DNA of 56,998 nt from an uncultured Gammaproteobacteria bacterium (GCA_964403545.1 CAYOGN010000153.1:1-56998); one strand, 5' to 3'; counted from the stretch's first letter, positions 7,441 through 17,113 are shown. Program-made: numbers and translations. The notes: generated by a model from the letters alone, not told the origin.

Positions 7441-9267
7441 CTATACGCCTTCCAACCCCAGTTCCGTCAGCTTGGATACGGTAGGCACCCCGTTATCCCA
7501 GCCTCGCAATTGATAATACTGCGGCATCAAAACATTTAACTCGGCCACACCACCTTTGGCGAAACCACTGGGTACAGGATCATTCAACATACGTGGCGGC
7601 AAGGTATCATTGGCAGAAGTAAGTCCGGCGGCATTGTTAAACAGCCTTTCGAGGTTCCAGATACGCTCACCGGTCTGACGTAGTCGCTCTTCATCCCACT
7701 CCGTAGAGCAAGTTGCGCTTATCATACGGGCAAAATGCTCATATCCCCAGACGGCGGTGGTAAACAGACACAACCCGGAAGAATCTACCATTGACACAAA
7801 ATCCTGGGAAGTTTTCACTGCTTCGGCTTTACCCGTTGTACCCGGATCCGACATATCCTGCTCAAAGGTGTCATGACGAAGATGACAAGCGCCACGATTA
7901 CTGGTGGCATATCCGAGCCCCATACCTTGCATGGCACGACTATCATAACCGGCAAATTCCTGCCCTTTGGCGACCATAGCGAGATCGGGGTGGCCATATT
8001 TTTCACACAGACGCTTTGACCCCAGCCCAAGTACTTTACCAAATCCTTCGTTCTTTCCTGTTTTTTCTGACATCACAACGAGCGCTTCGGCACTGCCAAA
8101 ACTCAGATCAATGCCATCGGTATCCTGTTTGGTAATGACACCCATCTCGTATAATTCCATCGCTGCTGCAAGGGTTACGCCAAATGATATGGGATCCATA
8201 CCATGTTCGTTCATCATAAAACCGGCAAACGTCATGGCGTCAAGATCATCCACCCCCATAACCGGGCCAAAAGCAAATGCCGTCTCATATTCTAGCCCCC
8301 CGGACGCTATCCAGTATTCCGGCCGATCCTTGACGCTGAAATGATTGGGATCAATTTTGGCAATACGTCCACAGGCAATGGTGCAACCAAAACAGGCCGC
8401 ATTTTTGATCAGATTTTTATGGCCATCCCTGTTTTTCACTGTCACTGCGTTGTGGTCTATCTTGCAGACACCCGGAAATGAAACCTTGCGGAAATTTTCC
8501 GTAGGCAAACCGCCAAACTCCTGCATGCTGTCCATCATCGCAAGAGTTCCATATCGCATCAGTCCGCGCCGTGCATCACTACCGTGGAGTTCGCTATTAA
8601 CATCATTGACAACATCCATAAACTTCGCTGAGTTATCTTCTTTTACCCCCACTGTACCGCGAACCGCAATTGCTTTCAGATTCTTGCTGCCCATCACCGC
8701 ACCAACACCGGAACGGCCGGCAGCACGGTGCAGATCATTCACTACGCAGGCATAACGTACACCCTGCTCCCCGGAAACGCCTATCGCCGCGACCTTCGTT
8801 TGCGGATCCTGGGTTTGTCGGTGAATCCAGGCATCTGTTTCCCATACTGTTTTGCCCCATATTTGCTCAGCCGCAAGCAACTCACAATGATCGTCCTGTA
8901 TGGACAGATAGACCGGGGTATCCGATCGTCCTTTGATAATGACCAGATCGTAACCGGCATACTTCAACTCGGCACCAAACTTGCCTCCAGAGTTAGAGCT
9001 TGCAATGGCTCCGGTAAGAGGACCCTTGGTCACCACTGTATAGCGACCGCTGGTCGATGCCATGGTCCCGGTCATGGGGCCGGTGGCAAATATGAGTACA
9101 TTGTCGGGCCCCAGGGGATCTGCAGCCGGGTCCATTTCCTGCCACAGGTAGCGGCTACCCAGCCCACGACTACCCAGGTACTGTTCTGCCCATTCCATGT
9201 TAAGTGGCTCTGCCTCCACGGTTCCGGCGCTCAGGTCAACACGAAGAATTTTCTTTTGCCAGCTCAT
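7441..9267 (-). CDS. Aldehyde:ferredoxin oxidoreductase (AOR) family tungsto-/molybdopterin enzyme
   Basis: N-terminus KILRVDLSAGTV..E..YLGSRGLG. 4Fe-4S ligand motif CFGCTIACGR. Full-length, about 600 aa, AOR architecture. Confidence 0.9.
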   Translation of the reverse strand: MSWQKKILRVDLSAGTVEAEPLNMEWAEQYLGSRGLGSRYLWQEMDPAADPLGPDNVLIFATGPMTGTMASTSGRYTVVTKGPLTGAIASSNSGGKFGAELKYAGYDLVIIKGRSDTPVYLSIQDDHCELLAAEQIWGKTVWETDAWIHRQTQDPQTKVAAIGVSGEQGVRYACVVNDLHRAAGRSGVGAVMGSKNLKAIAVRGTVGVKEDNSAKFMDVVNDVNSELHGSDARRGLMRYGTLAMMDSMQEFGGLPTENFRKVSFPGVCKIDHNAVTVKNRDGHKNLIKNAACFGCTIACGRIAKIDPNHFSVKDRPEYWIASGGLEYETAFAFGPVMGVDDLDAMTFAGFMMNEHGMDPISFGVTLAAAMELYEMGVITKQDTDGIDLSFGSAEALVVMSEKTGKNEGFGKVLGLGSKRLCEKYGHPDLAMVAKGQEFAGYDSRAMQGMGLGYATSNRGACHLRHDTFEQDMSDPGTTGKAEAVKTSQDFVSMVDSSGLCLFTTAVWGYEHFARMISATCSTEWDEERLRQTGERIWNLERLFNNAAGLTSANDTLPPRMLNDPVPSGFAKGGVAELNVLMPQYYQLRGWDNGVPTVSKLTELGLEGV

Positions 9268-9466
9268 AATTTTATCTCCCGATTACAACTGTTTGATGGG
9301 TTCCGGAAATCCCGAACCAACGTAATGTTATTAGAAGCAGTCAACTGCCATCCGGAATGATCGTTGATTTAGCCACAGATATCCAGCGCTTCAGATCAAA
9401 TTTTATTGAATTTCATTGCTTGAATTCCAGCCTGTGAATTCTGACTGTTGAAGTTTGGTATCAAAT

Positions 9467-10015
9467 TTAACCAATGGAAAAAAATGTGCCCGCACTAAAA
9501 ACTCCAACTTCCCGCTCTGTCACTTCAATATTTTCCATTCCGGCAAGGCCCAGTTCTACTAACTGGTAATAAACCGTTCGGGTCAGGCGGGCGGCCAGTC
9601 CATCCCGCACTTCAACAGAAGGTGCCGGTTGCCGGGTTTCCGGGTCGGTAAGCACATGTATCGGATGATCCGCGTCGGCCAGCACCACTTCATCCATATT
9701 GGTACGAAAATAGATCTGCTGATCCTGGCCTGAACCGAGGGCATTCAACTCCACCGCCAGAAAAGGCAGATCATCTACCATAATTCGATATCTGATTTGA
9801 GGTGTCACAAGATAATAAGCACCCTCGCGCAATGCCAATACGGTGGAAAAAAGCTTTTTTAGATTTTGTCTTGGAATGATCCCTGCTTCATGAAACCAGT
9901 CTCCATTGGCGGCGATCCGCAGATCAAAATCAATAGTTTCCTGCGGCTGCCAGGAATTTACCGGCGGACGATCAAATGCCTCAATCTGATCAAACAGCTG
10001 GCCAATTTGTGGCAC
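9467..10015 (-). CDS. DUF1285 domain-containing protein
   Basis: DWFHEAGIIPRQNLKKLFSTVLALREGAYYLVTPQ... resembles the DUF1285 family. The GTG start shares 1 nt with the hrcA TAG stop (TAGTG). Confidence 0.7.
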   Translation of the reverse strand: MPQIGQLFDQIEAFDRPPVNSWQPQETIDFDLRIAANGDWFHEAGIIPRQNLKKLFSTVLALREGAYYLVTPQIRYRIMVDDLPFLAVELNALGSGQDQQIYFRTNMDEVVLADADHPIHVLTDPETRQPAPSVEVRDGLAARLTRTVYYQLVELGLAGMENIEVTEREVGVFSAGTFFSIG

Positions 10016-11076
10016 TAGTGGGTATTTGGCGAACTGAGTGCACTGCCGAGAAGTTTAGCCGTTATATCGACCGCCGAAATCACTTCGTCATAATGCATTC
10101 GGGTGGGTCCAATCACCCCGAGCACCCCGACTCGTTGATTATCCACATCGTAAGGCGCGGCGATCACACTACAGTTCTCAAGCATCTGGTAACCAGACTC
10201 TTCCCCAATAAATATTTGGACCCCGGTAGAGGTGATGCTTTTTTGCAATAGATCGTACAAAACCTGCTTGGTCTTGAAAGTGTCAAATAGCTGTTTGATT
10301 TTCTCAAGTTCGGCAAAATCCGGAACGACAAGTAAATTATTTTCTCCGCTCACCAATACTGAATCAGTGTTCGGACTGGAATCATTTTCAAATAACTCAC
10401 CTGCCATTCTGACAGCATTACGCATTTCGCGATGCATATCACGATGTTCATTCTGCATGTGCCGGGCTAAATCAGCTCTCACATCTTCAAGGTTCCAGGT
10501 TCCATAGGTCGCGTTAAAGAAGTTGGCGGCTTCAACAAGCTCATTATCTTCATATTCCCGGTTATTTGATAACACCCGGTTTTGTACCTGACCATCACTG
10601 CTAATAAGTATTGCCAGCACCCGTTGCTGGGAAAGTTTTAGGAATTCAATCTGCTTTAGCCGCACATTGGCCTTGCTCGGGATCGATACAACGCCGGCAA
10701 ACGAAGTGATCTGCGACAACATTTCCGTTGCGCTGGTGAGGATACTCTTGGGATCCGAAATGCCACTAAAGCAATCCTTGTATTGGGTCATTGATTGATC
10801 ACCAATCGTTCCCGCACTCATCAGGCAGTTGATAAAAAATCGATACCCCTTTTGCGTAGGGACTCTTCCGGCAGAAGTATGTGGCGCTTCAATGAGACCA
10901 TGATCTTCCAGATCCGACATCACGTTTCGAATGGTTGCCGGACTCAGAGTGAGTTCAGTTTCACGGGATAATGTTCTGGATCCCACGGGATTTCCATCGC
11001 TAATATATTTTGCAATCAAGCCTATCAACACTGATTCGGCGCGTTCACTCAGTTCGGTAATTTCCTGGTCAATCAT
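10015..11076 (-). CDS. hrcA: Heat-inducible transcriptional repressor HrcA
   Basis: N-terminal wHTH ...LIAKYISDGNPVGSRTLSRE..LSPATIRNVMSDLEDHGLIEAPHTSAGRVPT.KGYRFF. Confidence 0.95.
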   Translation of the reverse strand: MIDQEITELSERAESVLIGLIAKYISDGNPVGSRTLSRETELTLSPATIRNVMSDLEDHGLIEAPHTSAGRVPTQKGYRFFINCLMSAGTIGDQSMTQYKDCFSGISDPKSILTSATEMLSQITSFAGVVSIPSKANVRLKQIEFLKLSQQRVLAILISSDGQVQNRVLSNNREYEDNELVEAANFFNATYGTWNLEDVRADLARHMQNEHRDMHREMRNAVRMAGELFENDSSPNTDSVLVSGENNLLVVPDFAELEKIKQLFDTFKTKQVLYDLLQKSITSTGVQIFIGEESGYQMLENCSVIAAPYDVDNQRVGVLGVIGPTRMHYDEVISAVDITAKLLGSALSSPNTH

Positions 11077-11145
11077 TAACAGTTAAAATTTCGGTTCAGG
11101 TTTTGAACACCTCTACTTAAAATCAAGGCTCTTCTGGTGCTCTAT

Positions 11146-11184
11146 CCGTGTAATAATTGCATATCCGGTGCAATTATTACACGG
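11146..11184. promoter_or_regulatory. Perfect inverted repeat (16-bp arms, 7-nt spacer) in the hrcA/nadK divergent intergenic region; candidate operator
   Basis: CCGTGTAATAATTGCA-TATCCGG-TGCAATTATTACACGG. It does not match CIRCE (TTAGCACTC-N9-GAGTGCTAA). Confidence 0.5.
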
Positions 11185-11355
11185 ATTGAGCAAAGATCCA
11201 TATCAACCAATAAGAACAAAATTCAATGGCGTAATCAAGTTGTCAGGATTGTTTTTTATGCTATTGGGCTTATACTGATTCGGACAGTCAATGGAATTTC
11301 TGTCGAATAACTAATAAATTAAATTAATATTACTATTTATATTGTTGATTTTACT

Positions 11356-12219
11356 GTGAATATTTCTAAAATTGGACTGTTCGGAAAATTTCGCGACAAA
11401 AGTGTTGCGCCGATCCTTGGTGAAGTTCGTGGCCTGCTCGAAAAAAGCGGCCTCAAAGTATTGCTTGGTAGTACCACTGCCAGAGAAATCGACGGTGAAC
11501 GAATTGATGAGCAATCTCAGCCCCTTGACCAGGTAATTGATATTGCCATGGTCGTTGGAGGTGACGGGACGATGTTGAATGTAGCCAGAATTCTGTCCAG
11601 TCACAATATTCCCACAGTAGGGGTAAATCTTGGGCGTCTTGGATTTCTCACAGATATTGCAATTGCCGACATGGAAGCAAACCTTAAAGCAATTTTAAAT
11701 GGAGAATTTTGCATAGAAAAACGTACTCTGTTACGGACTTCGGTTCTGATCAATGAAGAAATAGTTTATACCGGGGTAGCGTTAAACGACGCCGTAATAT
11801 CCAAAGGAAATACCGGTCGTTTGATAGAATTTGATACCCGTATCGATGGGAAATTTGTCAGCCATACACGCAGTGATGGCCTGATAGTTGCGACGCCTAC
11901 CGGGTCGACCGCCTATTCGCTGGCAGCAGGCGGACCTATTATGTATCCCACACTTCCAGTTATCAGTATTTCACCAATCTGCCCTCATACCCTTAATAAC
12001 CGGCCGATAATTATCGATGAAAACTCATTGGTGGAGATTCTCGATCTTGATATTCCTGAAAGCCATGCCAACCTGGCACTGGATGGATTAATTGTTTACG
12101 AATTGTGTGGAGAGGAGACCATTCAGGTTACCCGGGGGGAAAACAAATTATCCATGATGCGTATCGAGTCCCATGATCATTTTGAAATTCTTCGTTCCAA
12201 ACTCGGCTGGACAGGGTAA
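11356..12219 (+). CDS. nadK: NAD(+) kinase
   Basis: GGDGTML motif (VVGGDGTMLNVAR), NLGRLGFLTD and TPTGSTAYSLAAGGPI. GTG start. Confidence 0.95.
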   Translation: MNISKIGLFGKFRDKSVAPILGEVRGLLEKSGLKVLLGSTTAREIDGERIDEQSQPLDQVIDIAMVVGGDGTMLNVARILSSHNIPTVGVNLGRLGFLTDIAIADMEANLKAILNGEFCIEKRTLLRTSVLINEEIVYTGVALNDAVISKGNTGRLIEFDTRIDGKFVSHTRSDGLIVATPTGSTAYSLAAGGPIMYPTLPVISISPICPHTLNNRPIIIDENSLVEILDLDIPESHANLALDGLIVYELCGEETIQVTRGENKLSMMRIESHDHFEILRSKLGWTG

Positions 12220-12237
12220 ATCCGCGGGTTCTCCAGG

Positions 12238-13914
12238 GTGATAGACTGGCTTGCCATCAGGAATTTTGCCATCGCAGAATGCGTAGAAATTGAATTCGAT
12301 CATGGATTCACGACGGTCACCGGTGAAACAGGGTCTGGAAAATCCTTGCTGGCAGATGCCATCGCCATCCTGTTAGGCGCACGAGCCGATAATTCTTTGA
12401 TCAAGCATGGACAGGACCAGGCTGAGATCCAATGCAGTTTTTCATTGCCCAGGGAGCATTGCGTTTTTACCTGGCTTGAGAAAAATGATCTCTCCAGCGA
12501 TCAGGAGGTATTGTTGCGCCGGGTTATCCGTCGCAACAAGCCGGGTCGGGGTTACATAAATGGCCATCCGGTAAATTTTTCCAGGTTAAGAGATATCGGT
12601 CGCGAACTGGTGGATATTCATGGCCAGCATGAACATCATTCGTTATTGCACCGATCTGTCCAACTGGGCCTGCTCGATGAAGCAGCCGGCAATCAATCCT
12701 GTCTGATCGAGTTGAATAACCATTACCAGAAACTGTCTGAGCTCCAACGAGAACTGGATTCGGTAAATAACCAGCAGGTAGCTACCCAGGAAAGGATAGA
12801 CCTGCTTAAGTTTCAGTTGCTGGAACTGAACCAGCTAAGGCCCGTAAACGGCGAATGGGAAGAACTGGATCAACTGCAAAAGCGCCTGCACCATGGCAAA
12901 GAACTTGCCGTAGGCTGCCAGGCTGTGGCCACGGGATTGTATCTTGATGAGACCGAAAGCGTACACACTCTGCTGACAAAATTCGCCGGGCAACTGCGGC
13001 AGTTGGAGCAATTTGATGATGGACTCGGGACGATTACAGCAATGGTTGAGGAATCTTGTGTCAATGTTGAAGAAGCTGCCAGACAATTGCAGGGTCACGT
13101 CAGAGAAGAGGAACTCGATCAATCTCGGATTGAAGAAATCGAGCAGAGAGTCGCCAGCTATCATGAATTGTCACGCAAACATCGAGTGCAGCCCGGATTG
13201 CTGGCGGAACATTCCGGGTCACTCCAGGCCGAGCTCTCCGGTTTGAGTAATCCGGAAGCGGAACGTGACAAGATTGCAGCATCCATTGATAAGCATAGAG
13301 CAGACTATGACACGGTAAGTGCCAGCATCAGTGTGTCCCGAAAAAGCACTGCTGACAAACTCGCGAATCAAATCACTGCCGCGATGCAGGAGCTTGGGAT
13401 GGCGGGTGGAATGCTGGAGATTCAACTCAACTCACTGGCCCCGGGACAAATTTCCAGGTTGGGCAATGAATCTGTTGAATTTATGGTTTCTGCCAATCCC
13501 GGATTTCCATTGCAACCTCTTTCACGGGTCGCCTCCGGTGGTGAGATATCGAGAATCTCGTTGGCAATACAGGTGATTCTGGCAGGTGCGGCGAAGGTAC
13601 CTACGCTAATTTTTGACGAAGTTGACGTTGGAATAGGTGGCACCGTAGCCAATATAGTGGGGCAACGACTAAATCAGCTTGGTCAGTCAGTTCAGGTAAT
13701 CTGCGTTACCCATCTGGCCCAGGTCGCGGCCAGGGCAAATCATCATTTCTCGGTTTTAAAGGCTGAGCCAGATAGTCAGTCAGGCACGCCGGATGTAACC
13801 GTCAGCAAGCTTGACCACGAAAACCGAATCGAAGAAATTTCCCGTATGTCCGGCAGCGAAAAATTGACCACGCAATCGCGCGCCCATGCAGAACAAATGC
13901 TGGCACTGGGCTGA
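12238..13914 (+). CDS. recN: DNA repair protein RecN
   Basis: Walker A GETGSGKS, long coiled-coil middle, C-terminal SGGEISRISLAIQV and LIFDEVDVGIGG. Confidence 0.95.
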   Translation: MIDWLAIRNFAIAECVEIEFDHGFTTVTGETGSGKSLLADAIAILLGARADNSLIKHGQDQAEIQCSFSLPREHCVFTWLEKNDLSSDQEVLLRRVIRRNKPGRGYINGHPVNFSRLRDIGRELVDIHGQHEHHSLLHRSVQLGLLDEAAGNQSCLIELNNHYQKLSELQRELDSVNNQQVATQERIDLLKFQLLELNQLRPVNGEWEELDQLQKRLHHGKELAVGCQAVATGLYLDETESVHTLLTKFAGQLRQLEQFDDGLGTITAMVEESCVNVEEAARQLQGHVREEELDQSRIEEIEQRVASYHELSRKHRVQPGLLAEHSGSLQAELSGLSNPEAERDKIAASIDKHRADYDTVSASISVSRKSTADKLANQITAAMQELGMAGGMLEIQLNSLAPGQISRLGNESVEFMVSANPGFPLQPLSRVASGGEISRISLAIQVILAGAAKVPTLIFDEVDVGIGGTVANIVGQRLNQLGQSVQVICVTHLAQVAARANHHFSVLKAEPDSQSGTPDVTVSKLDHENRIEEISRMSGSEKLTTQSRAHAEQMLALG

Positions 13915-13928
13915 TATGATCCGCCGCT

Positions 13929-14444
13929 ATGAGTACTACCCCCATCAACGTTGGCAATGAAGTAACCGGACTTCCCATCAGGAGTGCACAACTGAAAGAT
14001 GTTAATGGAATCTATCGACTACTTAAGGATTACAGCGACCGCAATATTTTGTTACCCCGACCCGAAAGCGATATATACCAGTCTCTACGGGAATTTCTTG
14101 TTATAGAGTATGAACAATCTATCATCGCCTGTTGTGCACTACAAATCTATACCAGCACCATGGGAGAAGTTCGCAGCCTGGCAGTACATCCGAACTATGG
14201 TGGCAAAAGACTGGGCAGACGACTGGTGGCCAAAATCGAGCAAAATGCAACCAGACTTGGGCTGAGCAAGCTAATGGCTCTCACCTACGAGGTCAGGTTC
14301 TTCAATAATGCAGGTTACGATGTTGTCCCGATGCAGGTGCTGCCGGAGAAAGTATGGGGTGCCTGTATAAATTGCCACAAGTTTCAAAATTGTGATGAAA
14401 TAGCGGTTTTAAAACACCTTCAAACTGAGACAGAAACCAAATGA
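13929..14444 (+). CDS. GNAT family N-acetyltransferase (ArgA C-terminal-domain-like amino-acid N-acetyltransferase)
   Basis: IRSAQLKDVNGIYRLL..., GNAT core RSLAVHPNYGGKRLGRRLV, about 170 aa. Confidence 0.75.
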   Translation: MSTTPINVGNEVTGLPIRSAQLKDVNGIYRLLKDYSDRNILLPRPESDIYQSLREFLVIEYEQSIIACCALQIYTSTMGEVRSLAVHPNYGGKRLGRRLVAKIEQNATRLGLSKLMALTYEVRFFNNAGYDVVPMQVLPEKVWGACINCHKFQNCDEIAVLKHLQTETETK

Positions 14445-14746
14445 TCAAACGCTCTACCGTAGTAGTAATATGCCTGGCGCTTTTAACCGGGTGTGTTTAT
14501 AGAATTGATGTTCAGCAAGGTAATGAAATCACCGCCGATATGATACAGCAGGTTACCGTTGGTATGGATAAACGCGAAGTCGTTAGAGTATTGGGTTTGC
14601 CACTGATCAACGATCCTTTCAATAAGGATCGTTGGGATTATTATTATTCCTTCAAATCCGGCAAAACCAGGGAACTGATTCAAGAATCATCAACCTTAAT
14701 ATTTGAAAACGACCGACTCGCATCGATTCATACCCGGACCCAATAA
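14441..14746 (+). CDS. bamE: Outer membrane protein assembly factor BamE (SmpA/OmlA lipoprotein)
   Basis: Lipobox LLTGC followed by VYRIDVQQGNEIT...VGMDKREV..LG.PL..DPF...RWDYYY. Confidence 0.85.
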   Translation: MIKRSTVVVICLALLTGCVYRIDVQQGNEITADMIQQVTVGMDKREVVRVLGLPLINDPFNKDRWDYYYSFKSGKTRELIQESSTLIFENDRLASIHTRTQ

Positions 14747-14762
14747 TTACCAGCAAGGTTCT

Positions 14763-15488
14763 CTATTTCAGTTTCGCGGCCGACAGCAATCGATCAGGTT
14801 CAACGTATCCACCCAGCACTTCACCATTATCCAGCATGATGAACGGGGTCCCCTGGACGCCGAGGCGGAATCCTAACGCGTACTGCTCTTTAACCGGATT
14901 GTCACAGGTCTTTGGCTCCACCTGTTGACGATTTTTGGCAATGGTCATCGCAGCACCCTGATCGTCTGCACACCATACCGACACTGCCTCATCATAACTT
15001 TCCGAATTGATGCCGGCGCGTGGCCACATCAAATACCGGACCTTTAACCCACCGGCCTGTAAAGCCGGGATATCCTGATGAAATTTCTGACACCAACCGC
15101 AATCGGTGTCGGTAAATACAGTGACATATCGCTCTCCCTGAGGATCGCCCATAATGATCATTTCGCTTTCGGAAATAGCAGCGAGTTCTTTCATCGCGAT
15201 CACTTTTTCCTTGTCCTTGCGCTCCTGCGTCAGGCTGATTCGACGAACAGCATCGTATACCTCACCAATCATGACGAAGTCACCCCGGCTATGGACAAAC
15301 AAATATTCATTTCCGGCAGCAACCTGATAAACACCTTCCATCGCCGTTTGCTCGATAGATTTGATCTCCATGCTTTCAGGTATTATTCTCTTCAGATTAT
15401 TACGTACTACTTCCATTTCTGATTCCGCCCATGCGGTTCCCTGGATCGCCAACAACATTGCCAGCAATATTTTCCAGCATTTGATCAT
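14763..15488 (-). CDS. dsbC: Thiol:disulfide interchange protein, DsbC family
   Basis: Signal peptide, N-terminal dimerisation domain, thioredoxin fold with active-site CGWC (FTDTDCGWCQKFH). Confidence 0.85.
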   Translation of the reverse strand: MIKCWKILLAMLLAIQGTAWAESEMEVVRNNLKRIIPESMEIKSIEQTAMEGVYQVAAGNEYLFVHSRGDFVMIGEVYDAVRRISLTQERKDKEKVIAMKELAAISESEMIIMGDPQGERYVTVFTDTDCGWCQKFHQDIPALQAGGLKVRYLMWPRAGINSESYDEAVSVWCADDQGAAMTIAKNRQQVEPKTCDNPVKEQYALGFRLGVQGTPFIMLDNGEVLGGYVEPDRLLSAAKLK

Positions 15489-15534
15489 TAAATTTTCCTC
15501 GTGATATAACTTGATTTGATGCTATAGAACAGAT

Positions 15535-16020
15535 TCAGTCGCGAAAGTTCGTATATTGTAGCGGAATCTCCAGTTTTTGATCCTTTAAGAATCCCATAAC
15601 CTGCTGCAAATCATCTCTTTTCTTTCCAGTCACCCTGACCTGCTGGCCCTGAATAGCCGCCTGCACCTTAAACTTTCCGGTTTTAAGTAACTTGACGATT
15701 TTTTTAGCGTTTTCAATATCAACACCCTGACGAATGGTCACTTCCTGCGCCGCTTTACCGGTGGGACTCTTACGCGGAACAGCCTTGTCCAGCGCTTTCA
15801 CATCTATTCCTCGTTTTGCCAACTTGAGCATAAGGACATCCATAACCTGATTGACCTTGAAAGTATCATCTGCAACCAGGGTAAGTTTTGGATCTGCTTG
15901 TTCTATTTTTGCATCACTGCCTTTAAAATCATAGCGATTGGTAATCTCTTTATTGGCCGTATTTACCGCGTTTTTAACTTCCTGCCAGTCCACTTCGGAC
16001 ACGATATCGAAAGAAGGCAT
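15535..16020 (-). CDS. yajQ: YajQ family cyclic di-GMP/nucleotide-binding protein (UPF0234)
   Basis: MPSFDIVSEVDWQEVKNAVNTANKEITNRYDFKGS is the canonical YajQ N-terminus; 161 aa. Confidence 0.9.
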   Translation of the reverse strand: MPSFDIVSEVDWQEVKNAVNTANKEITNRYDFKGSDAKIEQADPKLTLVADDTFKVNQVMDVLMLKLAKRGIDVKALDKAVPRKSPTGKAAQEVTIRQGVDIENAKKIVKLLKTGKFKVQAAIQGQQVRVTGKKRDDLQQVMGFLKDQKLEIPLQYTNFRD

Positions 16021-16111
16021 ATTGTATTGGGTACTAAAAGGTGAGAACGTCAGATGCCAAATTATCGCCTACTTTCACTGGAATCGCTAACTATAAACAC
16101 CGATTATTTTA

Positions 16112-17113
16112 ATGATCAGTATCCTCCTCCCATTTGGCAACGCATTGACAACAATTTTACCCTGCCTCGCCAGCATCCGTAACCAGACCATGGGTAAGTT
16201 CGAAATACTTGGAATAGACGATCACAGCAACGATGGGTCCAGAAATGCAGTTGCATCCTGGCCGGACCACCGTATCAGATTACTGAAAAATCCGGGTAAT
16301 GGACTGGTAGACGCCCTCAATTTTGGCCTTCAGCAGGCACAATATCCACTAATTGCGCGCATGGATGCTGATGACCTGATGCGCCCACAACGCTTACGGG
16401 CTCAGTTTTCAATGTTTCAACGGAATCATCAGTTGACCCTGGTTGGGTCCAGGGTTGCGTTATTTCCCCAATCAATAATCCAGCAAGGTTACCGTGAGTA
16501 TGTGCGTTGGCAGAATAATGTAGTAACCGATGCCGACATTGTGCGTCAGCGATTCGTCGAATCACCCCTTGCTCACCCCACAGTGATGTTTCGCAAACAA
16601 GCTGTATTGGACGCAGGAGGATATCTACAGGGCAATTTCCCTGAGGACTATGAACTGTGGCTTCGACTGATTGAACGCGGCCATAAAGTTGCCAAGCATA
16701 TCGATGTGTTACTGGACTGGCGAGAATCAACGGGGCGATTGTCGAGAACCCATCCGGCCTACCAGCGAGAGGCCTTCGATCAATTGCGTGCTCGTTATCT
16801 GGAGCGGTTGCCAACACTAAAACAACGACCAGTTGCATTTTGGGGTGCCGGTCGTAAAACCCGACAACGCGCTCAAAAACTGGTGGCGAAGGGAATAAGG
16901 CCCAGCGTATGGATCGATATAGATCCGAAAAAAATTGGTAACCGGATAAAGGGGGTGGCGGTTGTGGGCCCGGAGTTTCTGAAAATATACCATCATCCGG
17001 TGAAGCCGTTTTGTCTTGTGTATGTTACCAATCACGGTGCCAGGGAGTTGATCGAAGCCGAACTTGAAAGTTGTGGTTACCGTATGGGTGAGGATTTTCT
17101 GTCAGTTGGATAG
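16112..17113 (+). CDS. Family 2 glycosyltransferase with C-terminal PglD/NeuD-N-like Rossmann-type extension
   Basis: GT2 motifs ILLPFGNA...GIDDHSNDGS...ARMDADD. The C-terminal ~100 aa (VAFWGAGRKT...VWIDIDPKKIGNRIKGVAVVGPE) resembles the N-domain of NeuD/PglD-type proteins. Confidence 0.75.
   Translation: MISILLPFGNALTTILPCLASIRNQTMGKFEILGIDDHSNDGSRNAVASWPDHRIRLLKNPGNGLVDALNFGLQQAQYPLIARMDADDLMRPQRLRAQFSMFQRNHQLTLVGSRVALFPQSIIQQGYREYVRWQNNVVTDADIVRQRFVESPLAHPTVMFRKQAVLDAGGYLQGNFPEDYELWLRLIERGHKVAKHIDVLLDWRESTGRLSRTHPAYQREAFDQLRARYLERLPTLKQRPVAFWGAGRKTRQRAQKLVAKGIRPSVWIDIDPKKIGNRIKGVAVVGPEFLKIYHHPVKPFCLVYVTNHGARELIEAELESCGYRMGEDFLSVG

Noticed and set aside
9337-9350. Sigma-54-like TGGCAG-N5-TGC motif (minus strand) upstream of the AOR gene.
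   Set aside because: The GG-to-GC spacing is one nucleotide short of the -24/-12 consensus, and no enhancer-binding-protein gene is adjacent.
11140-11151. The 12-mer CTCTATCCGTGT is shared between the hrcA/nadK spacer and the ffh/ypjD spacer (31267-31278).
   Set aside because: A shared 12-mer is expected by chance many times in 57 kb. The motif also plays different roles in the two local inverted repeats.
11283-11304. GACAG-N12-CTGTC inverted repeat upstream of nadK-recN as a LexA (SOS) box.
   Set aside because: Both the orientation and the spacing are wrong for the gammaproteobacterial CTGT-N8-ACAG box. I found no convincing SOS box in front of recN.
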